Shown here piece by piece: positions 37,401 through 49,800 of a stretch of 64,000 bases of DNA. The translations under genes were made by a program, and so were the position numbers. Position 1 is the stretch's first letter, and each line of letters starts with the position of its first letter. Source of the stretch: Dimorphilus gyrociliatus (lineage: Eukaryota; Animalia; Annelida); assembly GCA_904063045.1 (NCBI GenBank), contig CAJFCJ010000006.1, positions 1,713,601-1,777,600 of the forward strand. Reading direction: 5' to 3'. The notes under the pieces are model-generated. The model was not told where the DNA came from. It saw only the letters and a program-made list of their open reading frames with translations, and searched no databases.

Positions 37401-40400
37401 TTTTGATAATTTGTCTACTGTATATCCTTTCTTTCTGAAAGTAATTTTTAAGTTAGCAGATGAACTATCAAGAAGTCCCCAAGATTCTGAAGAAGCGTTC
37501 TCTTGATCATTAGTATGCGATAGGTTTGTCTCAAAAGCTGTCATTATATTGTCTTGTGTAGAAGTGTGTGTTTCGCAATTATTTCCTTCAGTTTGAGAGT
37601 CTGATAGGTCACTTGAAGGCCTTTGTTTTTCATTTAAATTAACACGTTGAGGGGAACTATTCGATGGCTCAGCAACTGTACATAGGGACGGAGTATCGTG
37701 GAAGTGATTTTTTGGATATGACATATTTTCTGTAGATATCAAAGGAGTCTTGTTTCCAGTCTTTGCCTCTAATTTATGGAGATCTTCAGAATTCCTTTTA
37801 TAAACCTGTTGATTCATTCTTTCTTCGTTTAGTTCTTTATCAAGCCCCTGGAATTTTTTTTTTTCACTATTTTTAGGTTCGATGTTGTCTTCGAGGTTGG
37901 GAATAGGTAACGAGGATCTTTCATTTGCAAGTTCTCCGTTTTTGAATGGTATATCATTAACACCATTCTCCATCTCAGTAATATTTAAACCTCTCGTTGT
38001 AGAGTTTGCGATTCCTTCTAACAAGCCTTTATTCCTGGTATCTTCTTTATTTGTCTCAAAAGATTCAATGACAGAACTTGATTCTATATCTTCCTTATTT
38101 TTAATACATTGAACTACAGGATTATCTATTTGTTCTAATTTGGATAAGTTTTCCTTCGGAATGCTCGAGTTGCATTTGTATTGTTCATCAGAATGCTTTT
38201 CTACCTGCGAAGTGTGTTGTAGTTCATTAATGGCTGTTTCTTGCACAACATTGCTACATTCAACTTGATCTGCATCCGGAATTTTTATTAATATAGAACC
38301 ATCATTAAAATCCTCAGTTTCGTTCATGATTCCGGCTGACATTGCAGATTGATCATAATTCTGGTATTTTGGAATTTCTGGATTGTCGAAATCGCTCAGA
38401 TCCATCCATGAGTTGCTTTGATTGTCAAGAATGGATTCTATGGCCCTGTTTAGTTCAGCATCCTTGTCTTCTATGTCTTTCTGAGACGGTTCGATTTGTT
38501 CATTCTGAATATTAGGACTAACAGCAGTATTCACTGAGTTATTTTCTTCCTCAATCTCATGTTTTTGGGATTTTTCAGATTTTTTTGAAGCGTTTTTGAC
38601 TGCCTTTTGAGACTTTTTTTTAGTTGATTTAGCTTTTGGAACTTGTTTAGCTTCAGGTGGTATTTCATTTGCAACCAGAGAGGCACTGGAATCCATCTTT
38701 GAGGAAGTATTCTTATCTAGATTATCCTTCTTTTTTCTGCCTTTTCCGCTTTTCACTTTTTTATTAGATTTAATCGTAGGATTCTCTGTTATATTTAAGT
38801 CAATTTCAGGAGTTTCAGGAAATTTCATGTTCTGATCAAAACCACCAACATGACTTTCTTCGGAAAAGAGACTACTTCCAGCATTGTTTAATCCGATTTC
38901 AATACTTTTCTGTTCTGGAGTAACAATTGTAGGCATGCAATCTCCTGATTCCTTTATCATTTGAGGGATTTCACTGATAGCTGATAAATTAGGAGCCACG
39001 TTTAAAAAGTCGTTTTTCGATATAGCGGGGGCATTTGTGTCTTGAAATACAGAATTTTCTTCAAAATTTAAAGCAACATTCTCTGTTGTTTGGGTTGAAT
39101 CAACTAAATCGGTTGGAGTTAAATTGTTGTCATGAGAAAAAGTCTTTATGATGCTAGTTGAGGGACTTTGAAATTCTGTATCAATTTGAGATCTCTCGAT
39201 ATCTAAAGTCTGCCCCATACCAGGGTTAAGGCGTTGTTCATGGACATTGTTAGATATATTTGTTTCGGCTGTTACACCAATGTCGGTAGAATTTAATGGA
39301 ACATGAAAAGATTGCTCCAAATTCTGAAATGTTTCAGAGCCTGTGCTAGGTTTTGTTGGTACGCAAGAAGATTCATCAACATTACTTAATATCTCACCCA
39401 CGTTCTCTGAAACCTGAGTAGTATCACCTGTTTCAAATTGATTTTGGGGATTTTGTATAAAAGGAGGATCATTTAAATAATCTTGAGAATAGGTTTCGTT
39501 TTCATTAGAGGTCTGAGGAATTTGATATTTTTGATTAGTAGTTGGCGTATTCAGGCAATATGACCCGCCAGTTTGATCAATGTCATTGCGTCTTGTAATT
39601 TTCCCTTGACAGTCGCTTGGGTTGGAGTGCGAAAAATTGGAATCTGCATGAGCAGAATTTTCAATATATGGCGTTCTATACTTCGCTACATCCTCCAAGT
39701 CATCGTTTGCTAATGCTTGATTCAGGAATAAGCTCTCTAAAGGATCTGGGCAATATTGATTGAAAGAATAGTCCAAATTAGAATCATTCTTATTATCCAT
39801 ATGATTGTTCGAATCATCAAATGGATTAGTTAAATCATGATCGTTGGTTATGGATTGGGTTTGATTAAGGGCGCTGTTGTCTGATGGTAAAGGTTGCATT
39901 TCGTCTATTGCTGACAGTAAATCAAGGAGGTTTTCATTGGGAGTACTTGAATCAGGTTGAGTAGTTGGAGCAGATATGTTTAAATCTTTTGATAGTTCAT
40001 CTGGTTTAGTTACGGTAGGAAAATTTACAACGTCAGGTCCGCTACACGTGGCTGAATTAGATTTATTAGGAACATCAGGAGTCAAGACCAACTGAGCAGA
40101 AGTTTGCTGGTTTATAGATAAACTTTTGGTGTTTTCTATGGGATTACCGTCGACCAAGGTTAATTCATCAACTACAGAGGTATTAACTGCTGAGTTTGGA
40201 AAAGATTGCGGTTTACCTAAAGTTACAACTGTAGTAGGTACATTATCTATATTATGGATGAATCTTGAATGTATGTTAGATGAAATTTCTTTAACTGTGC
40301 TTGGAAGTTTCGCAATTTCTGGTCTTGGTAATTTTCTGTATATTTTTGGAGTCGAGATAGCAAATTTTTTTAAAGGTCTGCTGGAGTATTCTCTTCCACT

Positions 40401-43400
40401 GGTGCTAGTTTGGTCTTTCTTCAGAATTGGTGAATTTAAGATTGGAGATATTGAGCTGGAAACAGGCATTCTCATTCTGGGACGGTGTCTTTCTTGGTAG
40501 GGTATTGACACTAGGCGAAAATTATCATTCAAATTAGTTGTGGATCGAATATTATGTAATCCAATATTTTGGTTATAGTTATATCTTTGTCCTTCTTTGT
40601 CTGAAGCGATAACATAGCTTTGCTGATTCAAATTGTATGGCGAATTAGTCAGCCGTTTCACTAACAGAGGCTGTTGAATGCTTAGCGTGCTTCCCACATG
40701 GTAGGGAGTTGAAGCTTCAGCCGCAAGGGAGGCTCGTAGTTTAGAAATTTCTGATACTCTACCCTTTTGATTTGGAATTCTATTTACCATGTTTTGACCT
40801 GAAACTAAGTTAGGTGATATATTTCTTATGTTAACTGTCGCTAAATTGCAGTTAAGAGGTTTCGCCCTAGTCACAGGAATGGTATTAGGAGCAGTTTTAA
40901 AGGCTATTGCGGTGGTTGCAGGTTTAACTATGGCGTAACTAGTTCCAGCAAACGTTTGATTATCCTTAAGAACTCCCGTTTCAACTAGATGTGCCAAATC
41001 AGCAGGCGTAATATTACTTTGCACAATTTTAGTAGAAGCAGAGGAGGCAACAGTTTGAGTTTCAGGTTGAAGTATTTTTACCGAAGGAATCATATGTTCG
41101 ATATCACATGGGTCACTAACAGAGGCAGCATTTGTTACAACTATCGTTCTTTTTCTTATCTGCACTGCTTGATTAGAATCAAAAAGTTGTTTTTTATCTA
41201 TTATTTTTGTTCTGCTACCAGTGACCTTTGGCGAAATGCACTTCTCTCCTGGTTCATTATTCAAAGGCTCAAAATTATTTTTTTTCACCAACTTTTTTAC
41301 GTTCGCAACTAATTTTGAAGGAATAGTAATGCATTTTGCAGTCATTGTAGTTGAGTTTGGTTTAATAGGGTTTAGAGAAGATGTCACAATTTTCACATTT
41401 TCGTTTACCTGTTTCTGAAAGGTTTTGTTTGTTGTAGTTTGGAGCATTGTACTGTTTACTACTGGAGAGCTGTAATCAGATGCGACATCACTTTTAATTT
41501 CTTGGCTTTGCATACTTTTAGACTTTTCTGACTTATCTAAGCTAATGGTATAAACTTGTTTCGAAACTTCTTCATCAACATGACTCTTTGAATTATTCCC
41601 CTCAAATGTTGTCTCGTTATTAATATTCGATGAACTTGAACTGCACCTAGCGGCTACCTCTGCCCCCGTTTCCGTATTAGTTTGGCTGTTTTGTAGGTGA
41701 AGACCATTATTAAATATTAACTATGTAATTGAATAACCAACCTGTTTGGCATCTTTGGAAGTATTTCTGGATTCAAGTTTTGTAGCGTTTCTGTATCTAG
41801 AGTTTTCAGTGTTTCTAAATCCAAATCGTCTAGCTCTTTAGTTGTCAGGTGTGCAGTCGATGCATTGTTTATACAGCTTTCTGTTTCAATACCTGCTTTG
41901 TTGGAAGGCATAGTTGTGGGAGAAGGAATGTCCTGTTCTGTATTAAAAATTCCTTCAGAGGCACTTGCATCTATTTTATTTTTCGACTCATTTTCCATTT
42001 GTAGATGCAACTCAGAACTCTGAAAGCCAGTAGGGATGTCACGAGCGCTGGGTGTAGAACTTGGACTTCCAGGAGACTGCTCATCCGAATCTGAATCATC
42101 TATTATAATAGGTTTCTCTTCATTTGATAAAAATTTTTTGGGAGTAGTATGCTGCTTCAGGTTTTCAATTTCTCGATTGTTTAGATGAATCTTAGTAACA
42201 ACTGGAAACTCCAACTTGGTAATCTGTTTATGTAATTCAGGGTTAGACTTTAAGTTGGTGCAGAGACTTTTCGGTGAGTCTAGAACGACTGCCTCGTTTT
42301 CTTGTCTCTGACTATTTATTTGAGACTCCACTTGGGCTGCTGATTCCGTTTTCGGAGAAGTAGTTATTGGGACGTTCTTTTTCTCTTTCTTTTCAGTGTT
42401 CAACTTCTGAACAATTGGTTCAAATATTTTTTCATCAATATTTGTTAAAAATTTTCTCAAATTTGCGCTTGAATTGGTATTCTGCATTGGCCCTTTTTGA
42501 TGCACCAACTTTATTTCATCAGTATTTAGTGAAATAGATTCATCCACTAATTCTGTTAATGCTGGCGGTTCTTTTTCGGTTGCGAGAGTTTCACTTGTAG
42601 CTTCAGACTCATCAGCATTGTTACATGATGTTTGAAGCAGTGTAGAAATGCTATCAGTAGTAGATAACTTCTGTATGGTGTCTTTTTGTATCGGGTCTTC
42701 TTTTTCTTTTAATGAAGCCTCTGTCGTAGATGCACACTGATTGAACGATTTTTCATGTGTAGAATTGGAATTGTCGACATCTGTTGGTTTGCATGTATTA
42801 GCTGTTTTTGCTTGTTCACTTTCTTTTTCTTTTGGTATAAGCTTTCTTGTTTCAGAAGAAACATAAGATGGACTGTTGTTTTGATTCAATATTTTTTTAG
42901 CATTAGAATCAAAACTGCCTGCAATTGATGACATAGTAGTAGTACTCTCTTCCTCTAGTTGTTCAATTTCCTTTTCCCCTAATGAAGTTTTTCTTAAGGG
43001 CTGATCTATCGCAGGACTGTTTACACCATCATTCAAAGCATCTGTTTGCTCTACCTGTTTGTGTTTATTTCCTCTTGAAGGAACTACTTGCTCTGATGTT
43101 TGCTGATGAATGACTTTATTTGGAACGTTTTCAACCATATCAACACCTGTATCTAATTTAGAAAATGAATCAAGTTTTTTTGGCTGCATTTTTCTTTTTG
43201 GTTGAGCATTTTTTTCCAATTTTTGCTCCTCTAAACTTTGCTTTGGGGTATTTTTAATTGCAGCATCAGAATTTTTAAGTGCAGAGATTGATTTGGATGA
43301 TAAAGTTTCGATCTTTTCAGATTCACTTCTTTTCCCTTTTGCCTTTCGCAAGTCATTCTTGGAGGATTCCAAAGGCCTTCGCTTAGGTGTCCCTTCACAA

Positions 43401-44943
43401 TCGGAGTCAGAGCTGTCTTCTGCTTGTAAACGTTCAAGTAGCTTTCTTCCAAATGTATTTTCACCAGGTACATTCTGCATAGAGGCTGATCGTTTTTCAA
43501 AACTTTCAATAACTGAAGACAAATGGGAAATATTATCATAAGGCTCCCAAGTGTCATCATCTTTAGTGTAACCCTTCCATCGTACCAAATACAACGAAAT
43601 ACCATGCACAACTTGCTTATCAACAATATGGTCAATTTCATATTCAGCTTCGTCATTTTCTTCTTCGTATGTATGTTCTATTTTGTTCAAGAGTGTTGTT
43701 TTCCGCCTTGAACTATACTTTTTTGTACTTTTATTCGAAAGTACACTACTTCTGTCATCTGTTGTATCGGTGTGGCAAGACGAATCGTCTAATTCGCTAA
43801 TTCTAGAACTTTTTCGGGTGCTGATTCGTAGGTTGTTTTTCCTTTGGTGATCATTATCTTGTACAGCTTTTGTATTTTTCTTTGATTTTCTATTTGTGCT
43901 AGTTCTAGTTCGTTTGTTGATACGTTTATTATTTTCTCCTGGTGGTGTTTGGACTTGAGTAGATGACAGATTTTTTGTACTTTCGAAATTATTAATTGAC
44001 TGTGTTTTAGCCGTGTCAATATTTTGCTGACTTTCAGTCGCCGTGTTGAATATCTGAGATAAATTTAAATGCTGTCGATTACGCTTTTTAGGGGGCACTA
44101 AATGATCGCATTTGACTGATCTAGTATTTTTAGAAGCGGTATCTGTGCTGTACGTTTTATCAAGTTTCGACTGCTGATCAAAGTTACTAGTGTTTGAGTT
44201 CTTGCGGATTTCAGTTGTATCTAGTTCGTTTACTTTTTTGTCATTATTACTATTCTTTGACAGATTACCAACTTTTATACTCTGATCATCACATTTAACA
44301 CTGCTCTTGTTTGTCGTTCGTTCTCCTCTTTTGCTACTACTAACAAGATCTGGATTGCTGTTTTCCGTCCAGTCCTTTTTACTTGCCATTAAGACACTTT
44401 CTTTGTTTTTTTTTATGTCGGCAGCTAGTTGTTTCTTTTCAAATTCCTCAGTCACATGGGAAGAAATCTTTTTGCCCTCCTTTCTGGGATATTTTGCACA
44501 AGTTTCATTTTGGCTTGCTCTATCTTGCTTTCTTTTATATCCAGTAGAATTCTTGGCTATTTTTTCAGTTTCTTTCCTTCTATCTTTAGGCTTTCCTTTA
44601 GCTTTCGCTGACCTTCCAAGCCTCGATTTAGTATCCTTTCAAGAATAGAAACTTGCAGGAAATTTTAAAACATAACAAAGCTATTATACATACGGGCGAA
44701 AAAATTTTCTGAGCAACCGATTCTTCATAGGCATCAATCTTCTCTTTTAAATGCTCCAAATTTGACTCGGGTTCCCACGTGTCACTGTCCTCCGTGTAAC
44801 CCACCCAGCGAACTCGATAGTAAACTTGGTCCTGCAAAAGAATTAATTTCATTTTTTTATGGTAAAAAAGAAAAGTATGCCAAAACCTTATAAATAGTCT
44901 TTTCGACTAGTTTTTCCACTTCAAACTCCTCTTCACTTGTCAT
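34404..44943 (-). CDS. Giant (~3,400 aa) protein with two chromodomains and an MPP8-like C-terminal domain (6 exons)
   Basis: Exons 44943-44887, 44831-44694, 44635-41742, 41685-36512, 36460-36350 and 36244-34404 splice in phase. CD1 is EEFEVEKL..YYRVRWVGYTEDSDTWEPE and CD2 is EYEIDHIVD..YLVRWKGYTKDDDTWEPY. The C-terminus reads VVLN..H..Y..PVCGLNRL. Confidence 0.8.
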
Positions 44944-45719
44944 GCTTTCAGGTCATTTCGTTGACTGTAAAAAAGTAGATAAAAATAAATGTGTACCTGA
45001 TACACTTGAAATATCAATCATAAGAAAAAAACAAAAAAAATTTAATAACTAAAGTTATTTAGCCGTTGAAATAAGGAGTAAACATGAAAGCCGAAGTAGG
45101 CCTTTGCAACCCAAAACTAGGTCAACTTTGGAAAAATATAGAAATATGTAGAAAAATTGAAACAAAGAATTCTAACAACTTAGAGCATTTAGATAGTGAA
45201 TAGAAGACGGAGGTGAAAGTTTTATTAACAGTAAAAAGCTCAAAGTATTTTTTGACCGATAATATAAGATGTTCTCCAACTCTCTCTGAATTCTGCGTTG
45301 AGAGATTACAAATCACTTCAAACTATTAGAAGTATAAGAAAATTTCATATATAAATAAATAATACTTACGAGTAGTCTAAATACTAATATTAAAAGTATT
45401 TCAAATGCAGTTTTACTTCAAAATATCAAATGTACACTACGCAATGCGCACGAAAAAGTAATTGTAAAATACTGCAGATAAAAATTATTTATGCTCTTTA
45501 ATTATAATTTACTATTATATTTTAAGCATTTTTTATCAGAATTAAAGCAACAATGTTTTTTATATAAAAAATTTACGAAAAGGTGTGCACAATATGGTTC
45601 TGGGTAAATTAATTAATCGGGTTGTATAGAAAATGTGATAGGAGCATTTGCTTCAAAAAGTTTTATTTACAACTTTACACCTTATCTTATAATAATATTT
45701 ATGAAAACATATAATTTTT

Positions 45720-46399
45720 TTATTTCGGAAAAGTAGTCTGAGTGACTGGAGAATTTTTTTCAATTTGTCTGATCATGTCGAATCTCTTGATATCTTTTAA
45801 AGCTTCCTTTATTTTTTCTATTTTCTCTACATCTGTCATGCTATTTCTTTGCCAGAAAAATTTTAAATAGCCAATGTTAGCATTTACAATATTTCCTGAT
45901 GAAAGTTCGTCAAATACTTCCGAAGTTTTTGGAAATCCACAAAACAAAATATAAAATTTAGAATCTGTAACATTTTCTGACACAATAGCGATGGCCTTAC
46001 TTTCCTTTTCTTTTGAATCTTTTTGATAATTTAAATGAATGTCAGTTGTACGATATATTTAATTTAATTGTTATTTACTTATATTATTGATTGCTCGTAT
46101 TATATGCATTAACTCAGCCTTTTTCAATGCTTTTTCAAGCTCCATCAAAAATTCTTCGCTGGTGAAAAATTGCTCACTTTTCTCTGCAAGCAGAGATCGA
46201 CGACCATCTTCATGGTTTCTTATTTTTTTTATATTTTTTAAATGGTGGTATTCTAAACCTAAAAGAGTAGCAAGTTTGTCTCCATCGTCTGATAACATTT
46301 CTGCTATTGTAAAAAAAAAATTGTCAACTGAAATGACAAAAAATTAGATTTTCATTGACTAATATGGTAATCATTACGTTCTCTTCCATCAAGGTTCAT
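45720..46399 (-). CDS. Small protein with two death-fold-like domains (3 exons)
   Basis: LSDDGDKLATLLGLEYHHLKNI..LEKALKKAELMHII and a second ..IKEALKDIKRFDMIRQIE resemble death-domain helices 1-2 and 5-6. Introns are in phase. Confidence 0.55.
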
Positions 46400-46875
46400 A
46401 GTAATTAATGATCAACCAAATGGGCTAAGAATCATATAATCATATATTGTCTAGTTAGACCTTTTAACAATAAATATCACCATCAATTTCATATTGTATC
46501 AACTATTCTTCATAACCACGCTAAATTAAAACCAGTGGTTATAAAGAGTAGCTTATCGATACAGCGTAATTGAAGTAGTGATTATAGTTTTTATAAAATT
46601 ATTATAGAAATAAGTATTAAACTATATAAGTTTTACTTGAAATATGCCTTTTAAAAGAATATCAATTTAACAAACAACTGTATTATCTTTTAAGCAATAT
46701 ATTAATTGTAACTTTTCAAACTGTAAAAAAAATATAACATGGTTGTTTATTTGGCATTTGAGATTTAAAGATATAAGGAAATAATGTTGGAAATGAACAC
46801 ATATATATATAAATAGGAAAATGAAATTTAGAACCCTAAACTAATAAGGTTCTTTACTGTCTTTTTTTAAGAGAA

Positions 46876-49800
46876 CTATCTCCTCTTAGAGCTTGGTTTT
46901 CTTTCATATCTATCCACCAAAAACTTATGTTCCAATAGCTGTCGAGCTGACGGTCTAACAGATTGATTTCTGGTGAGGCATTGATTGACAAAATCTCTTG
47001 CTTCAGGTGAAAAACTTTCCGCTAACTTTGGTATTTCACTCTCCTCTCTGCCTATGTTAAACATGGCTGCTGTTGCTGACATGTCAGCCCTAGCAATAAA
47101 AATTATTATTAACTAATTATATTGTTCAATTAGTGGAGACTCATACCATGGAGGTTTTGTTGTTGCCATTTCAAAAACGGTGCAACCAACACTCCAAATA
47201 TCACTTTTAGGACCACAGCCAACTTCTTGAATTACTTCAGGAGCCATCCAATATGGAGTACCTCTCATTGACATCAGAATTCTACCTGAAGCTTTCTCGC
47301 TTCCGGAGCATTCTAATCGAACACCAAGTATTCGTTTTGCACATCCAAAGTCAATAAGCTTAATTCTACCTTTTTCTGATAGCATAATATTACCACCTTT
47401 AATATCTCTGTGGATCACACCATTTTGGTGTAGGTAAGCAATACCTTCCAATATTTGTCTAGTATATCGAGAAAATATCTCTTCGTCAAGTGCTCCAAAT
47501 CTTTTTATGTTAGTTGCTAATGACCCTCCGGGAACATACTGCATAAAAATTGAAACAATATTTTTCTCCAGAGACGCACCTTTGTACCTATTGATAAATG
47601 AAGAGGGATTAGTCAAATGTAAAGAAATGAAAACTTATTTTTAAAAACTCACTGAACTATATTCGGATGTTTAAGATTCCTCAGTATATTTAATTCTTCA
47701 AGTATTTTATCATAGTCTGATTGAGCTTTTTCAGAATCATCATCATCAGTATCAAGCTCAAATTGTTTAACTGCTATTAGCTCTCCTGTAGTAGTAAGAC
47801 CGCAGAAGACTTTTCCGTACGCACCTTTCCCTAACAGGTGGCCTTTCTTCCATTTTATTTCTTCTTCATCGCTCGTTTGAGACATACAACTTGAATTTGT
47901 AGAGGCAAGCGAACACCTACGGCCTAGTCTACTTGTAATAGTCTGTAGTTTGGAATACAAGTTATAAAGAGGTAAGGTAAAATACTGTTTCAGCTTACTC
48001 TTGATTGAGTAGCTTCATCATTGCTTTCAGCCTGATTACTGTTATACTTTAAAGTTCCTGAACTAAAGTTGGTGTCGCTGTTCACTTCCTGTTAAAAATA
48101 GACAATGTTACATTTAAAACCACAAGAGCTAATTTGATTATTAACCGTCTCTTGATCCAAGTTTTCTTCCAAGAGTATTACTTTATTTTCCAAAATGTTT
48201 TGTGGATTCTCAGAAGTTTCGCGAACACTTAATGGAAAAATTTCTTGTACTCTCGAGGAGACTTGTGTTAATGAATTCTTTCTCGGTGTAGTATTCTTTG
48301 GGGAAGTGTAGGATGGATGGACACTACGAAGTATCTCCTCAATGGTTTCATTAAGGTTTTCATTATTATTTAGTTTCTCAGGAGTTTTTACCTGAGCAGG
48401 TGAATATGCCTCAATATCGTTTGTAGGGAGTGCCTTAAGTCTTTCTTCAATGTCACTGACTAATATCGTTTCACTCTCTTCATCTATAGCCGAAAAAATT
48501 ACTTCTTTTTCCACTATTTCAGCTGACACTAACTCATCTCCACTCTCATTATCGCTGTTGTTCAGTTCAAGTCCACATTCACTTAATCTTTCACTTTCGT
48601 TATCTTCGTTTTCCCATTTAAACTCAATTTCACCGAAAAACTCGGAACCTTTACGTGGACTATCGTCATCTGCTGAGAATTGATCGATTGTCTTTGCTGT
48701 TGCACCTGGAGCTAACTCAAGTTGTGATTGACCTGTCTGGATATGCCAACCCTGCCCTGAAATAAATCCAACGCCTTCTGTTTTAGGATTGACAAGAGAT
48801 TTATTCTTCTTATTCGCTGACTTGACCCTGCCTTTTTTACATTTTTTACCAGATTTCGGTCGGGTCACTTGAATCGCATCCGGGGGATCCTTAGCAACTT
48901 TTCTTTTAGCAGATGCAGAAGTTGGTTTATTAATCTTTGGTTTTAATTTTGATGCAGCTGACAATGAAGGAACTTTTCTAGTTGAAAGTTTAGCCGATAT
49001 TTTTGATTTTTCTTTCTGAATTAGAGCAGCTTTCTCTTGCACTTGTCTAATTGTTTCAAAAGGATCTGAAATGACAGGGGAAGTGTACTGTTCAAAAGGT
49101 TTTGTCTTTTTTGCTTCGGTCGCTTTAGGAAGATTTGGTGACGAATCTGCGTTTCTTGCTTTTTCACATTCAGCATTTGTGGCTTCCTTTTTCAAAATTG
49201 GTTTGGCAGACATAGCCTTTTTCTGTTCTTTTGGATCCTCTGAAGTTGATTTCTTTGGAGTTTTTTGTTGAAGTACAGCTTTGTTGGCGATTGGTTCTAA
49301 TTTCTTTATGGCTTTTGGTACAGCTTTAACTGAAGTTTTCTTAACATTACTTGTTTGCTTTGAGGTCAATCTATTCTGTACAGTCGGTGCACGGCATTGG
49401 CTGATTTTTCGTTTGGAGTCGACATCGTCCTTGCCTACGTTATCTTTTTCCTGAATAGGTTTTGCATTTACTGTTTCATCTTCACATTTTGTGATTACTC
49501 TAATAGCCGGATCAGCTACAATTGTTTGGTTCACTACTGCACCACTTGCTCCTTCCGTCTCTTTAGCATGTTCAGAGTTAACTTTTGCTACTTCGTCTGA
49601 AGATTTTGTTTCAAAACTAGATGACGTTGATGGAGTACTAGTCTGAGTTTTATTTGAACTGAGATCAGAAGTTATTTGAGCTGGACATAAATCCTCAGAG
49701 GATTCGTTCCTTTTTAATTCAAGAGAAGAGGAAATTATAGCTGCCTCAATTCTCTCTTGTTTTTCTTCTTCGTCTCTGGCAGATGGTATTCTGTCCAAGG

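Noticed and set aside
26811-44648. Many short antisense or out-of-frame ORFs inside VPS15, myotubularin and the chromodomain gene
   Set aside because: Shadow ORFs of long low-complexity exons with no motifs or splice support.
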